Assembly (NCBI GenBank): GCA_011109175.1
Contig: RDEW01000013.1
Coordinates: 837,839-901,838 of the forward strand
DNA: 64,000 nt
Direction of reading: 5' to 3'
Source of the DNA: Dicyema japonicum
Lineage: Eukaryota > Animalia > Dicyemida
Positions within the stretch are counted from its first letter, which is position 1; every line of letters starts with the position of its first letter. The position numbers and the translations under genes are program-made. Under the pieces are notes generated by a model. That model worked only from the letters and a program-made list of their open reading frames with translations. It made no database searches and was not told where the DNA came from. Shown here piece by piece: positions 40,229 through 51,620 of this stretch.

Positions 40229-40229
40229 C
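38631..40229 (-). CDS. LINE ORF1: H4-like domain, repeats and Gag-like CCHC region, copy 1 (frameshifted)
   Basis: Aligns with copy 2; three knuckles CYRCQGFGHTSSRC, CLNCGGPHSRKAC and CVNCGLEGHRASHTKC. Confidence 0.8.
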
Positions 40230-40899
40230 GGAATATGGAAGAGTGGTACTCACCCAGTCCTGATGAACGTGTACAAACAGTACATCGAGCCATGTTTCTC
40301 ATATGTATGCGTCTCGTGGGGACCGTCCATATCTTGGACAAATATGAGGAAAATTGAGGAAATGAAAAAGAGGGCTTACAGAGTAACGGAGCGTTGGATT
40401 CGTGAAGATTCACAGAACTGGACCTACGCCTCTGGAGCCCCCTTTGAGAGTAGATTCCAGATCACGGGAATGTGCCTTGAAAATTCAGTCATCCGTCCAG
40501 TACGTTCATGCTCGGCACGAGGGAAGAACACGGGCAAAGATGAGGTCGCTGCTAGAATGCATCGGGGTCACATGATAACTAGTTTGGTTTTACCGTGGTC
40601 TTGGGTTGTTAAATAAAAATAAACAGTAGCTTCTTATTAGGTGGGAAAAGTGACTTTTAATATGTTATTAATGACAATTAAACAGTCAATTCGAGGACCA
40701 CGTGGCGGCCACCTCATTGTATGGTTACTTGCTCTCAGGATTGCGAACGAAATTCCCTCAAATAGCTTGCAATGCTCGCGGGGATCATCATTGCGTGTCG
40801 AAATCCGATTTTCTAGTCTCCTTCTCCCACTATGTAATTTCACGTTGTTCTAAACAACAGTCCAATTAGCGGTCTCACTTTTTTCATATCACTGGTTAC

Positions 40900-42823
40900 G
40901 GTTCTAGGTAAATTCATCGCCGGTAAATTCATCGCTGGTAATTTTATCGCTGGTAAATTCATCGCTGGTAAATTCATCGCCGGTAAATTCATCGCGAGGT
41001 AAATTCATCGCCGGTAAATTCATCGCCGGTAAATTCATCGCCGGTAATTTCATCGCGAGGTAAATTCATCGCTGGTAAATTCATCGCCGGTTAATTCAAG
41101 CGACCACGTGGGTTCTTAAAAAAAGAGGTCGAAATTTTGATTTTTTATATTATCATTAAAATGTAATTTTGGAGATTAATTTGACGATATGAGTCACGTG
41201 GCCAGATCCCCAAGATAGAAGAAATTTGAAAACCTCAATTCTCCAAATAGTGTTAAATTTACTCAACGATGTGCACCACACGTGTGTGTATTGGTTAAAG
41301 TGATAGAAAAATTATTGATTATCTTACTGATTATTGATTAATAACAAAGGTCAAACTTTAAGTGAATATTTATGATATAATTTTTAGAAAACAAGTTTAT
41401 GACAATTATAAAAAAACATATTATAGGCAATGCCTTTTAAATAGTCAAGAATTTCGCGATTATCGAAGTCATTTACAATGCGTTGAATTCTTAAAGCATT
41501 ATCTCTGTATTTTTTCTTTTGTGTAGGACCTTCCCCACCAGCAATATACTGTTCAATTTTAATTTCATTTCTTGCTTGTTCTTTCTTCAAAACATCAATA
41601 AACTTCCAAATCGTAGGATGACACGCTCCAATTAAAGAATTAAAAGAATGATGCCATCCTTCGCAAGAGTTATTCGTTTTAGGCCCAGCAACTCTCGCTG
41701 CTTCAAAACAATTCCACAATTCATGGGCAAAACGTGGACAACGACGTACTTGACGGCGGTCGGACGTCCTATCCAAATATCTTCTACATAATCCAGTACA
41801 GGTTGAGCTTCTTCTGGGAAACTGTTGTAATCGCACAAATGTTCAAAATAATGAACAACGTGTAATGTTGGGACAAATGCCAGCGCCGCAATCATGCGCA
41901 TTTTCAGAGCGAATTCTGAATCTCTTTGATATAATAATTGTAATCCCTGTGATTGGATGCATCTAAATATGGATTGGGACAAATGAAAAAAACAGCCCTT
42001 CGTAATAGCATCAGGAAATATAATATTAAATCCATTTATAGCTGCTTTTTCGAAATCAGTCATAATTGTCCTCGGTGATAACGATGGCTCCAATGATTTT
42101 AATTCCGAAAAACTTTTTTATAGCTTTCTTCCGTTCTTTTACACATTAAAATGTATATAAGTGGTAAAACATCATTATTTACTAGTCCATGAATCGTATA
42201 TAATTGATTAAACAAATATGGGACTGTCTTAAAAGTACCATCCGCATACCAAAAGTTTGTAGTGGAAAGCAAATTTAGATTTTTTCTCGTTGTAAAAATT
42301 ATTGTTCTGTTAACACTGTCTTCACTATCAAACAATAGAAAAGGTTCATTGGCATAAGAGTATCTGTATTCTGGAGGTATTCTTAACTGGTCTATTTAAG
42401 TGGATTAGGAGGAGCTTGATCTTTTGTATTTCTTGAATTTCTAATGTTTCTTTTAATTAAAGAAGCTATGGGTAGTCGGGCAGACATCTCCAGTGGCAAA
42501 CCCACACACACTTCAGTTATAATAATATGTGGATTATCTTGTGATGCAAGAGCTCTTCTTTTTATTTCTTGAGTAATTCTCTTTGATTCGACATATGCAG
42601 CATCACAAGCATGATTGTGTTCGTTGACTCTTTTAATAATGATGTCTCCCTTGGTGTGTACTCTCTCTTTACATTTAATTTTGTAGTAGGATTCACATTT
42701 CCATAATGTGACTTCGCCATTAAATTTTTCAAAACAGTAAATGTATCCATCTTCAAAAAGTTTTCTCTTATTTCTATCACTCATTACAAATTGCAAAGCC
42801 ATGCTGTCAAGATATAAGAAATT
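40900..42823 (-). mobile_element. MULE copy 2 (one TIR plus transposase, ATG at 42802)
   Basis: Same sequence as copies 1 and 3; CTGGTTAC at 40892-40899. Confidence 0.9.
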
Positions 42824-45800
42824 AACGGAACGGAAAAATCTTTATTAGGCAAAAAACAAATGTTAAGTAATCAGGGAAGAGCTAACTAAGGCCCTTTCAC
42901 CGCCTTGCGGCAGCGTTTTCGTGCCATCACATTCGTCTTCCCCGTGCCTCCTTCTTTAATTTATTTTTAAGATCTTTTTAATTACTTCCTCCGGGTCCTT
43001 GAAATCCGGATATCCTCTTTCAGGCAGCGGCGCTCTATAAGACAATCCTATAGAATACCGTATTGCCCGCCGCCGAACCTTCCTCAAGTTGGTGAGGCAC
43101 TTTTCGCGTTCCTCACTGCAATACCAGGAGTGCGCACCATAAGTGAGCATAGGCAGCACCATGGCGTTGAACACTTTGGCCCAGGCATCGCGACTCAGCT
43201 GAAAAGCCCTCAACGCTCCTAATCTTTGCACAGCCCGCCTCTTAACGAGGGCGGTGTGCTCCTGGAAACTACACTTGGAGTTGAATGTCACTCCAAGGTA
43301 GCTCGTCCGCCCAGTAACCTCTATAGGTACCCCATAGATGGTTACTCTAGGTATTAAATTATTAGACCGCTTAGGGCGGCCAAAAACTAATAACTTACAT
43401 TTCTCAGGTCTCAGCCTAAGTCCTCTGCTCCCACACCAGCGTATGATTTCATTGACAGCTACTTGAATCCTCCGACACGCTACATCTGGTTTCCACGAGT
43501 GATCCCAGAGTACTATGTCGTCCGCATAGATAGCCATCTCCGTCCTCACATTGGCTGGGTGGGGAAGTGTAGACATGTAAACGTTGAAAAGGGTGGGGCT
43601 CAAAACCGACCCTTGTGGAACTCCCCGGTTAGATCTAAACAAACTAGATCGGCAACCTTTATGCCTTACATAGTTCATCCGATCCTCTAAGAAGCTTGAT
43701 AACCAGCTCCTTAGCTCCAGAGATATTCCTCCTTCTGCGAGGGCGCAACGGAGGCCGTCATGCCAGACCGAGTCGAACGCCCTCTCCACATCCAGGAACA
43801 ACGCGGCTGTGCATTGCTTCTTGCTCCTTTCACGAATCTGAGAGCTCAACCTCCAAGGCAGTCCCCACAGGAACGCCCCTCACGGAATCCCATCTGAAGG
43901 TCCGAGAGGGTGTCTTTTATTATGCATTCCTGGGTTAACCTCTGGTGTATCACTCTCTCTAAGATTTTAGCAACGGCAGGTAACAAGCTTATAGGGCGGT
44001 AGCTACTAGGGTCTTCAGGAGGTTTTCCTGGTTTCCTTACAAAAACCAGTTCCGCTTCCTTCCAACGCCTAGGAACGTAACCCAACCTGTAGCTACCGTT
44101 GTACAATCTTACCAAGGTGTTCACGAGACTTCCAGGTCCTTTCTTGAAAAGGGCCATGGGGATCTTGTCTTGGCCCGGTGCGTTGTTCTTCGATTTACTT
44201 ATCGCGGCCCGGACCTCCTCCTCGGTGATGCATGCCACCTTCGGGATCCCCGAGAGTGGCTCAACTTCCGTCTCTCCGTAGAGATGACGTCCTCTATACT
44301 TTGTCGAGCTGTTAACTCGACAAAGTTCTCTGGTCGAACTGCAGTAACTGCCCTAAAGCTACCTGCAAAGATGCTCGCTATTTCAGTCGGGTCAGAGGTT
44401 TTAGAACCGTCCGCACGACACAGGGTACGCGCAGATGACTCTTCCCCTCTGCCCGACAGGCGCTTCAGCTGACTCCAGAAGTCCGGCCATGCGGGGTTCA
44501 CCCTCTCGCAGGCCCTCCTCCATTTGTTGCTCTGATAGTCGACGAGCGCCTTCCGGATTTCCCTTCGTAAGGTGTTTACCTTCTTCTGGTAGAAGATCCG
44601 GTTCTCTTCATACGTGCTCCTCGCTTTGAACCGCAGGTACCTCTTTCTAAGTGTTATCTTACTTAAAATCAGGCCTGGAATTCGTGCGGAGCCTCCACCT
44701 TGCGGACGTAACCGGAAGTTAGTCCGCATGTATTCCTCGAGGATACCACCCAGGGTGGCATCCAATTCCTCCACGTCCGCTTCACTACAAACTTGCCCTT
44801 TGAGAGAAGGGAGTTTTCTATCCATGAACGACTCCAGGTTATCCCAAGTGCCAGAGCCCAAGTCATAGCCAATTGGGGCCTGAGGTCGAACAGGTTCGTG
44901 AAGCTCGGTGAGTAGGGGACGGTGATCGCTTCCGATGTCCCTAAGAACACGAGGTACAGAGAGCATACCAATTAATGAAGGGGAGGCTACGCCATACCCA
45001 AGAAGTCCTCTCCTCCTCGTGTATCTTTTGTGATTGGGGTCCGTCGATGTAGTGACTGAGAGCCCAAGATTCCAAGCTAATTCCCGGAGTGCTGATCCAG
45101 CCCTATTATTAACAAAACAGCCAAAATCTGAATGCTTAGCATTCAGATCACCAAAAATAACGCAATGGGGATGAATGTCAAATACAGTTTTAATGTGGTC
45201 CTTACACAACCACAACTGCTTGGCATACATTGCCCCTATAACAACGCTAAAGCTAGATAATCTGATTCGTAATAATATTAACTCGCAATGAGGACAATTT
45301 GAAATACCTTGGACGACTGCTGCTAGACTCGTCCTCCAATAGATACTAGTGCCCGAACCTCTATGTGTGTCATTCCACAAGAGATGACAACTAGTATAGC
45401 CTTTAAAGCCTGCAGCAGCCGTATCCTTACTCTTGGTCTCGTTAAGGACCAAGATGTCCACCTCCAAAGAGTCCAGAAGATCCTCGATGGCCTTCCTTCT
45501 TCTCCGGAGGGACCTAACATTAACTGAAATGATGCGTAACATCACTTCGCCGCACTTACCTTCCTATCGCAGAGCGCAATGTCCCTAAGCGCATTAGGGA
45601 ACGTTGAACCTGTGCTGCTACAGTATCGACTTACCACGCGGTGGACAGCGCTTACATCACTGACCACTCCAGAGGAGGGCGCCTGCCTTCTCCCCTGTGG
45701 TACCTTCTCCGTCGCCTCCTGATACAGGGGGCACTTGGTATGGCTCGCCCTGTGTCCCTCCAAGCCACAGTTCACGCACTTGAGAGACCTGACTCTGGAT

Positions 45801-47143
45801 TGACAGGCCTTCCGTGAATGTGGACCCCCGCAATTTAGGCACTTCTCTTTATAAGTGCAGCGGGAGCTGGTGTGGCCGAATCCCTGGCATCTGTAGCACT
45901 GGATTGCTACCGGTCGCTCTCGGGCCACACCAAATCTAAAGTAACCTAACTTTAACTTCTCAAGGCAGATCCTCTCAGCTTCTGCTCCGGACCTGATCCA
46001 GACCTTGAGAGTCCTTAGTCTCTGACTCCCACTCTTGAAGCGCTCGATCTTGTGCGCCGTGGGGTAGTCCTTTTTGATGTACTCGAGTACATCCTCATCA
46101 ACAAAGTCCAGAGGGACTCCGAAGACTAGTACAATCGAGTCGTGTACCTTGGGGATGACCCGAGACATGTTATGTGCCCCGGGCCCAAAAGGAACCTTCT
46201 TATTCACCTCAGCTTCAAAAGCTGAGGCGTCCACGTCATTCCTGAATCCCACCAACAAGTGGGATTCTCCTCGTCTGACGATCCTTCCTTTCGCATAGGT
46301 AGCCAAAGTACCTATGCCACTTAGGAGTTTAACCACTCCCATCTTCGGCACCTCTAGCCGAACTAGTGTAGTTAGTCCTCCGAATACCTGTTCTTTCTTC
46401 TTTTCTTTCGGCACGTGCGCTCTGGATTGATTCGAGCCTGCAAAATGCTTTTTAGGGCACTTTGCGGTTTCTGGACCCGAATCACGCACGTTCTGCGGTT
46501 TGGCAGAAACCGCAGACTTCCTCTTTCTCACTACTGTAGTCCAGCCTACAGTCATTGGGAGATGGTCCTCTTGTTTTCCTTCGTCGAGGGCAGGCACAGC
46601 CTGTTGGACCGCTGGCTGTGTGACGGATTCAGCCCTGCCCTCGGAACTCGGTCTTTGATTCTTTTCAAGAGGCTGAGTCTTGCCCTCAACCTCCATCCTC
46701 CTCGTCCCAGGCACAGCTTGTTCAACCGCTAGCTGTGCTGGGATGTTTTCCTCGTCCTTGATCCATTACAGGAGGCTGAGTCTTGCTCTCAACCTCCATC
46801 CTCCTCGGTGCAGGCACAGCTTGATCAACCGCTTGCTGTGTGGGGATGTCCGCTGCAGTGTGGAAAGCAGCCCTGCCATCGATCCCCATATTTATTCGGA
46901 ATGACAGAAGGATCGAGTCGCGAACGACCCTTCTGAGCTTCTCGACTCCTCGGACTCCTCTAAAATATAATCCAATATTGGGCTTATTTTCGAAGAGTCC
47001 ATTTACCACGTGGGCCGCTGTATCACAGACCACACGTGAGATGTCCTGATAATCCTCAAGATTTCGTACGGAATGTGTTGTGATATTTTTAAATCGCTTT
47101 GCACCTGACTTTCCTCCTTTTCCACCTTTCCCACGTCCAGACA
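42824..47143 (-). mobile_element. LINE with histone H4-like ORF1, copy 2
   Basis: Same architecture as copy 1; tail TTCCGTTCCGTT. Confidence 0.92.
42956..45542 (-). CDS. LINE ORF2 (APE plus RT), copy 2, frameshifted
   Basis: ORF pieces 44199-45545, 43846-44238 and 42956-43849 carry all APE and RT motifs. Confidence 0.9.
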
Positions 47144-47144
47144 C
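45542..47144 (-). CDS. LINE ORF1: histone H4-like N-terminus fused to a Gag-like CCHC protein, copy 2 (about 535 aa by consensus)
   Basis: ORF 46722-47144 ([16 protein letters not shown]..) and ORF 45542-46714 join if the indel near 46755 is corrected using copy 1. Confidence 0.8.
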
Positions 47145-47816
47145 GGAATATGGAAGAGTGGTACTCTCCCAGTCCTGATGAACGTGTACAAACAGTACAT
47201 CGAGCCATGTTTCTCATATGCATGCGTCTCGTGGGGACCGTCCATATCTTGGACAAATATGAGGAAAATTGAGGAAATGAAAAAGAGGGCTTACAGAGTA
47301 ACGGAGCGTTGGATTCGTGAAGATCACAGAACTGGACCTACGCCTCTGGAGCCCCCTTTGAGAGTAGATTCCAGATCACGGGAATGTGGCCTTGAAAATT
47401 CAGTCATCCGTCCAGTACGTTCATGCTCGGGCACGAGGGAAGAACACCGGGCAAAGATGAGGTCGCTGCTAGAATGCATCGGGATCACGTGATAACTAGT
47501 TTGGTTTTACCGTGGTCTTGGGTTGTTAAATAAAAATAAACAGTAGCTTCTTATTAGGTGGGAAAAGTGACTTTTAATATGTTAGTAATGACAATTAAAC
47601 AGTCAATTCGAGGACCACGTGGCGGCCACCTCATTGTATGGTTACTTGCTCTCATGATTGCGAACGAAATTCCCTCAAATAGCTTGCAATGCTCGCGAGG
47701 ATCATCATTGCGTGTCGAAATCCGATTTTCTAGTCTCCTTCTCCCACTATGTAATTTCACGTTGTTCTTAACAACAGTCCAATTAGCGGTCTCACTTTTT
47801 TCATATCACTGGTTAC

Positions 47817-50552
47817 GGTTCTAGGTAAATTCATCGCCGGTAAATTCATCGCTGGTAATTTTATCGCTGGTAAATTCATCGCGTGGTAAATTCATCGCCG
47901 GTATATTCATCGTGAGGTAAATTCATCGCGAGTAAATTCATCGCCGGTAAATTCATCGCTGGTAATTTCATCGCGAGGTAAATTCATCGCTGGTAAATTC
48001 ATCGCCGGTTAATTCAAGCGACCACGTGGGTTCTTAAAAAAGAGGTCGAAATTTTGATTTTTTATATTATCATTAAAATGTAATTTTGGAGATTAATTTG
48101 ACGATATGAGTCACGTGGCCAGATCCCCAAGATAGAAGAAATTTGAAAACCTCAATTCTCCAAATAGTGTTAAATTTACTCAACGATGTGCACCACACGT
48201 GTGTGTATTGGTTAAAGTGATAGAAAAATTATTGATTATCTTACTGATTATTGATTAATAACAATGGTCAAACTTTAAGTGAATATTTATGATAATATAA
48301 TTTTTAGAAAACAAGTTTATGACAATTATTAAAAAAACATATTATAGGCAATGCCTTTTAAATAGTCAAGAATTTCGCGATTATCGAAGTCATTTACAAT
48401 GCGTTGAATTCTTAAAGCATTATCTCTGTATTTTTTCTTTTGTGTAGGACCTTCCCCACCAGCAATTATACTGTTCAATTTTTAATTTCATTTCTTGCTT
48501 GTTCTTTCTTCAAAACATCAATAAACTTCCAAATCGTAGGATGACACGCTCCAATTAAAGAATTAAAAGAATGATGCCATCCTTCGCAAGAGTTATTCGT
48601 TTTAGGCCCAGCAACTCTCGCTGCTTCAAAACAATTCCACAATTCATGGGCAAAACGTGGACAACGACGTACTTGACGGCGGTCGGGACGTCCTATCCAA
48701 ATATCTTCTACATAATCCAGTACAGGTTGAGCTTCTTCTGGGAAACTGTTGTAATCACACAAATGTTCAAAATAATGAACAACGTGTAATGTTGGGACAA
48801 ATGCCAGCGCCGCAATCATGCGCATTTTCAGAGCGAATTCTGAATCTCTTTGATATAATAATTGAATCCTGTGATTGGATGCATCTAAATATGGATTGGG
48901 ACAAATGAAAAAAACAGCCCTTCGTAATAGCATCAGGAAATATAATATTAAATCCATTTATAGCTGCTTTTTCGAAATCAGTCATAATTGTCCTCGGTGA
49001 TAACGATGGCTCCAATGATTTTAATTCCGAAAAAACTTTTTTATAGCTTTCTTCCGTTCTTTTACACATTAAAATGTATATAAGTGGTAAAACATCATTA
49101 TTTACTAGTCCATGAATCGTATATAATTGATTAAACAAATATGGGACTGTCTTAAAAGTACCATCCGCATACCAAAAGTTTGTAGTGGAAAGCAAATTTA
49201 GATTTTTTCTCGTTGTAAAAATTATTGTTCTGTTAACACTGTCTTCACTATCAAACAATAGAAAAGGTTCATTGGCATAAGAGTATCTGTATTCTGGAGG
49301 TATTCTTAACTGGTCTATGTTAAGTGGATTAGGAGGAGCTTGATCTTTTGTATTTCTTGAATTTCTAATGTTTCTTTTAATTAAAGAAGCTATGGGTAGT
49401 CGGGCAGACACCTCAGTGGCAAACCCACACACACTTCAGTCGTAATAATATGTGGATTATCTTGTGATGCAAGAGCTCTTCTTTTTATTTCTTGAGTAAT
49501 TCTCTTTGATTCGACATATGCAGCATCACCAGCATGATTGTGTTCGTTGACTCTTTTAATAATGATGTCTCCCTTGGTGTGTACTCTCGCTTTACATTTA
49601 ATTTTGTAGTAGGATTCACATTTCCATAATGTGACTTCGCCATTAAATTTTTCAAAACAGTAAATGTATCCATCTTCAAAAAATTTTCTCTTATTTCTAT
49701 CACTCATTACAAATTGCAAAGCCATGCTGTCAAGATATAAGAAATTAGCGAAAAAATATCACTTTATAGTAATCAATTATGATAATGACGATAAAGTACA
49801 AAAGAATTCAAGGGCATTATCACCACATTACAAAAGAATTCAAGGACATTATCATAGATTATAAGCTACTTTATCAGTTAAAAGAAACACAATTACATGC
49901 AACCATTACTCTTGTGTTTAAGATAGAGATGAATACTGTCCTCAGCACTAAAGAAAACTGGCAATTTTATGTTTCAATCGTCGTATATAGATGAATACTG
50001 ACAGAGTTATTTATTTTATTATTTGTAAGCCACAGGCGTACAATCTTTGGTAAGCCTAGCAAAAACAGTCATTGGTAATTAATCCAAGGAGGGAACGCAA
50101 AAGAGAACGTCTGCTTGTGACAACTAAATTGATCCCGCCAATAATACATGGCAGGCATACGTCAACTTCTGAAGAGAGGTGAAAAAATAGGTCCTCTCTC
50201 TTCAGTTTTCATAGGTCCTACCGTCACGGATACATGATTCCTATCGCCGAATAATCTCCAAAATCGCAATTTAACTATAATATAAAAAATCAAAATTTCG
50301 ACCTCTTCTATCTAGACACCACACGTGGTCTTTGATTAACGGATGAATTTACCTCGCGATGAATTTACCAGCGATGAATTTACCGGCGATGAATTACCGG
50401 CGATGAATTTACCCGCGATGAATTTACCGCGAATTTACCTCGCGATGAATTTACCGGCGATGAATTTACCGGCGATGAATTTACCAGCGATGAATTTACC
50501 GGCGATGAATTTACCGGCGATGAAATTACCGGCGATGAATTTACCGGTTACC
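47817..50552 (-). mobile_element. Complete FLYWCH-MULE DNA transposon (2.74 kb) with modular TIRs
   Basis: Roughly 270-bp inverted ends (15-bp arrays plus gaggtcgaaattttgattttttatatta); 8-bp TSD CTGGTTAC at 47809-47816 and 50553-50560. Confidence 0.93.
48329..49725 (-). CDS. FLYWCH-MULE transposase copy 3 (about 465 aa by consensus)
   Basis: Same motifs as copy 1; frameshifts fall at different positions in each copy. Confidence 0.85.
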
Positions 50553-51109
50553 CTGGTTACACTAAGAGGAAAGAAGTTCAGGGAGAAACGCTAGATAGTG
50601 ACCCCAAAATTGGTCTTCCAAAACATTTTCCTTACCGTCATTATGGGAAAGCTATTAATCCTTTCCACGTGTCTCTAATATTAATAAACAACTAAAATTT
50701 TGTCATTTTAATTAATTTTCTTTTTCTCCCTTCTATCAGATAGAAATTGTGATGGAAGATCTTGTAGGATCCTGTAGATCCCGTCGGACTCACAAAGTTT
50801 TTCTTGATTGTGGAGGGGACGTTTAATGCTGTCTTGGATGCGTATTTGAAAAGGGGGATCTTCCTGAACTCAAAAGGAGGATTTCCAGTTTACGTGAAGG
50901 GAGGCTTAACCAAATGAGGCACAAAGAAACTGTTCTAGTATTCTCAGGACTAACCGAAAAGGTCCAAGAGGCTCTATCCTAAGTCTAACCCTTTCGAGTG
51001 TGTCTTTACTTTGTTTCCTACGGCGAATACAAAAGCTGTAACTACGAGGATCCAAATTGCTAAGAATTCGACAAAGCAAACTACAACAGTGCAAGAAAAC
51101 GGTTATAAA

Positions 51110-51200
51110 CTCATGAGATATGATGGGGGACATGAAACAGCTGTAAAAATCGACGAGAGCCTAATGAGAAGGAGAAGGAAAATCACCAGGGAAAGATGCT
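51110..51200 (+). mobile_element. Merlin/IS1595-like transposase fragment
   Basis: GGHETAVKIDESLMRRRRK resembles the GGxxxxVEIDESxxxxRK motif. Confidence 0.5.
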
Positions 51201-51310
51201 TGATAGGTGATTCACAGTACAGCCACTCGGTTGAAAGCTCCCTTTATGAAATTAAAATTTTTGAAAAAATATGTTATTTTTGTTGTTTTATGATCAAAAA
51301 AATTATTATT

Positions 51311-51620
51311 GGGTGACGCAGTTTAACGAGTGCAGGCAAAAAACCTGCCCCTAGATCGAATCCCGCTACTGTAAATTTCGGTTGAAGGTTCCACCCATCT
51401 AAATGCTTTGAATTGACGAGTGAAGCTGTCATCAGTGAGCATTTCACTTCGAAACCAGATCGTCAATAAAAAACACCCAACAAAAAGAAAAAAAGAAGTA
51501 AAAAAGCATTCCTTGGTTCTCCCTCTTTGATGAGTTATCATAACTGTTCTTTACTTAAAGGGTGTGTATGCCTGAGAGGAGCTGTAGCTAATATTGCTCT
51601 GCGTAAATGTGCAGTTTTTT
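51311..51620 (+). mobile_element. SINE family copy
   Basis: Degenerate head (gatcgaatccc), core gaaggttccac..tgacgagtga..gtcatcagtg, 3' end gtaaatgtgcagt. Confidence 0.75.

Larger units (their letters stand above)
33318..49746. repeat. Tandem array A-L-A-L-A, period about 6.91 kb
   Basis: A = 33318-35922, 40229-42823 and 47144-49746; L = 35923-40228 and 42824-47143. Unit starts (cggaatatgg) at 33318, 40229 and 47144. Confidence 0.95.

Noticed and set aside
46722-47144. Ordinary host histone H4 gene
   Set aside because: Far too divergent beyond residue 17, has no ATG or histone 3' stem-loop, and lies within the LINE boundaries running into ORF1.
50343-50594. ORF with MNLPA pentapeptide repeats
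   Set aside because: By-product of the 15-bp TIR array.
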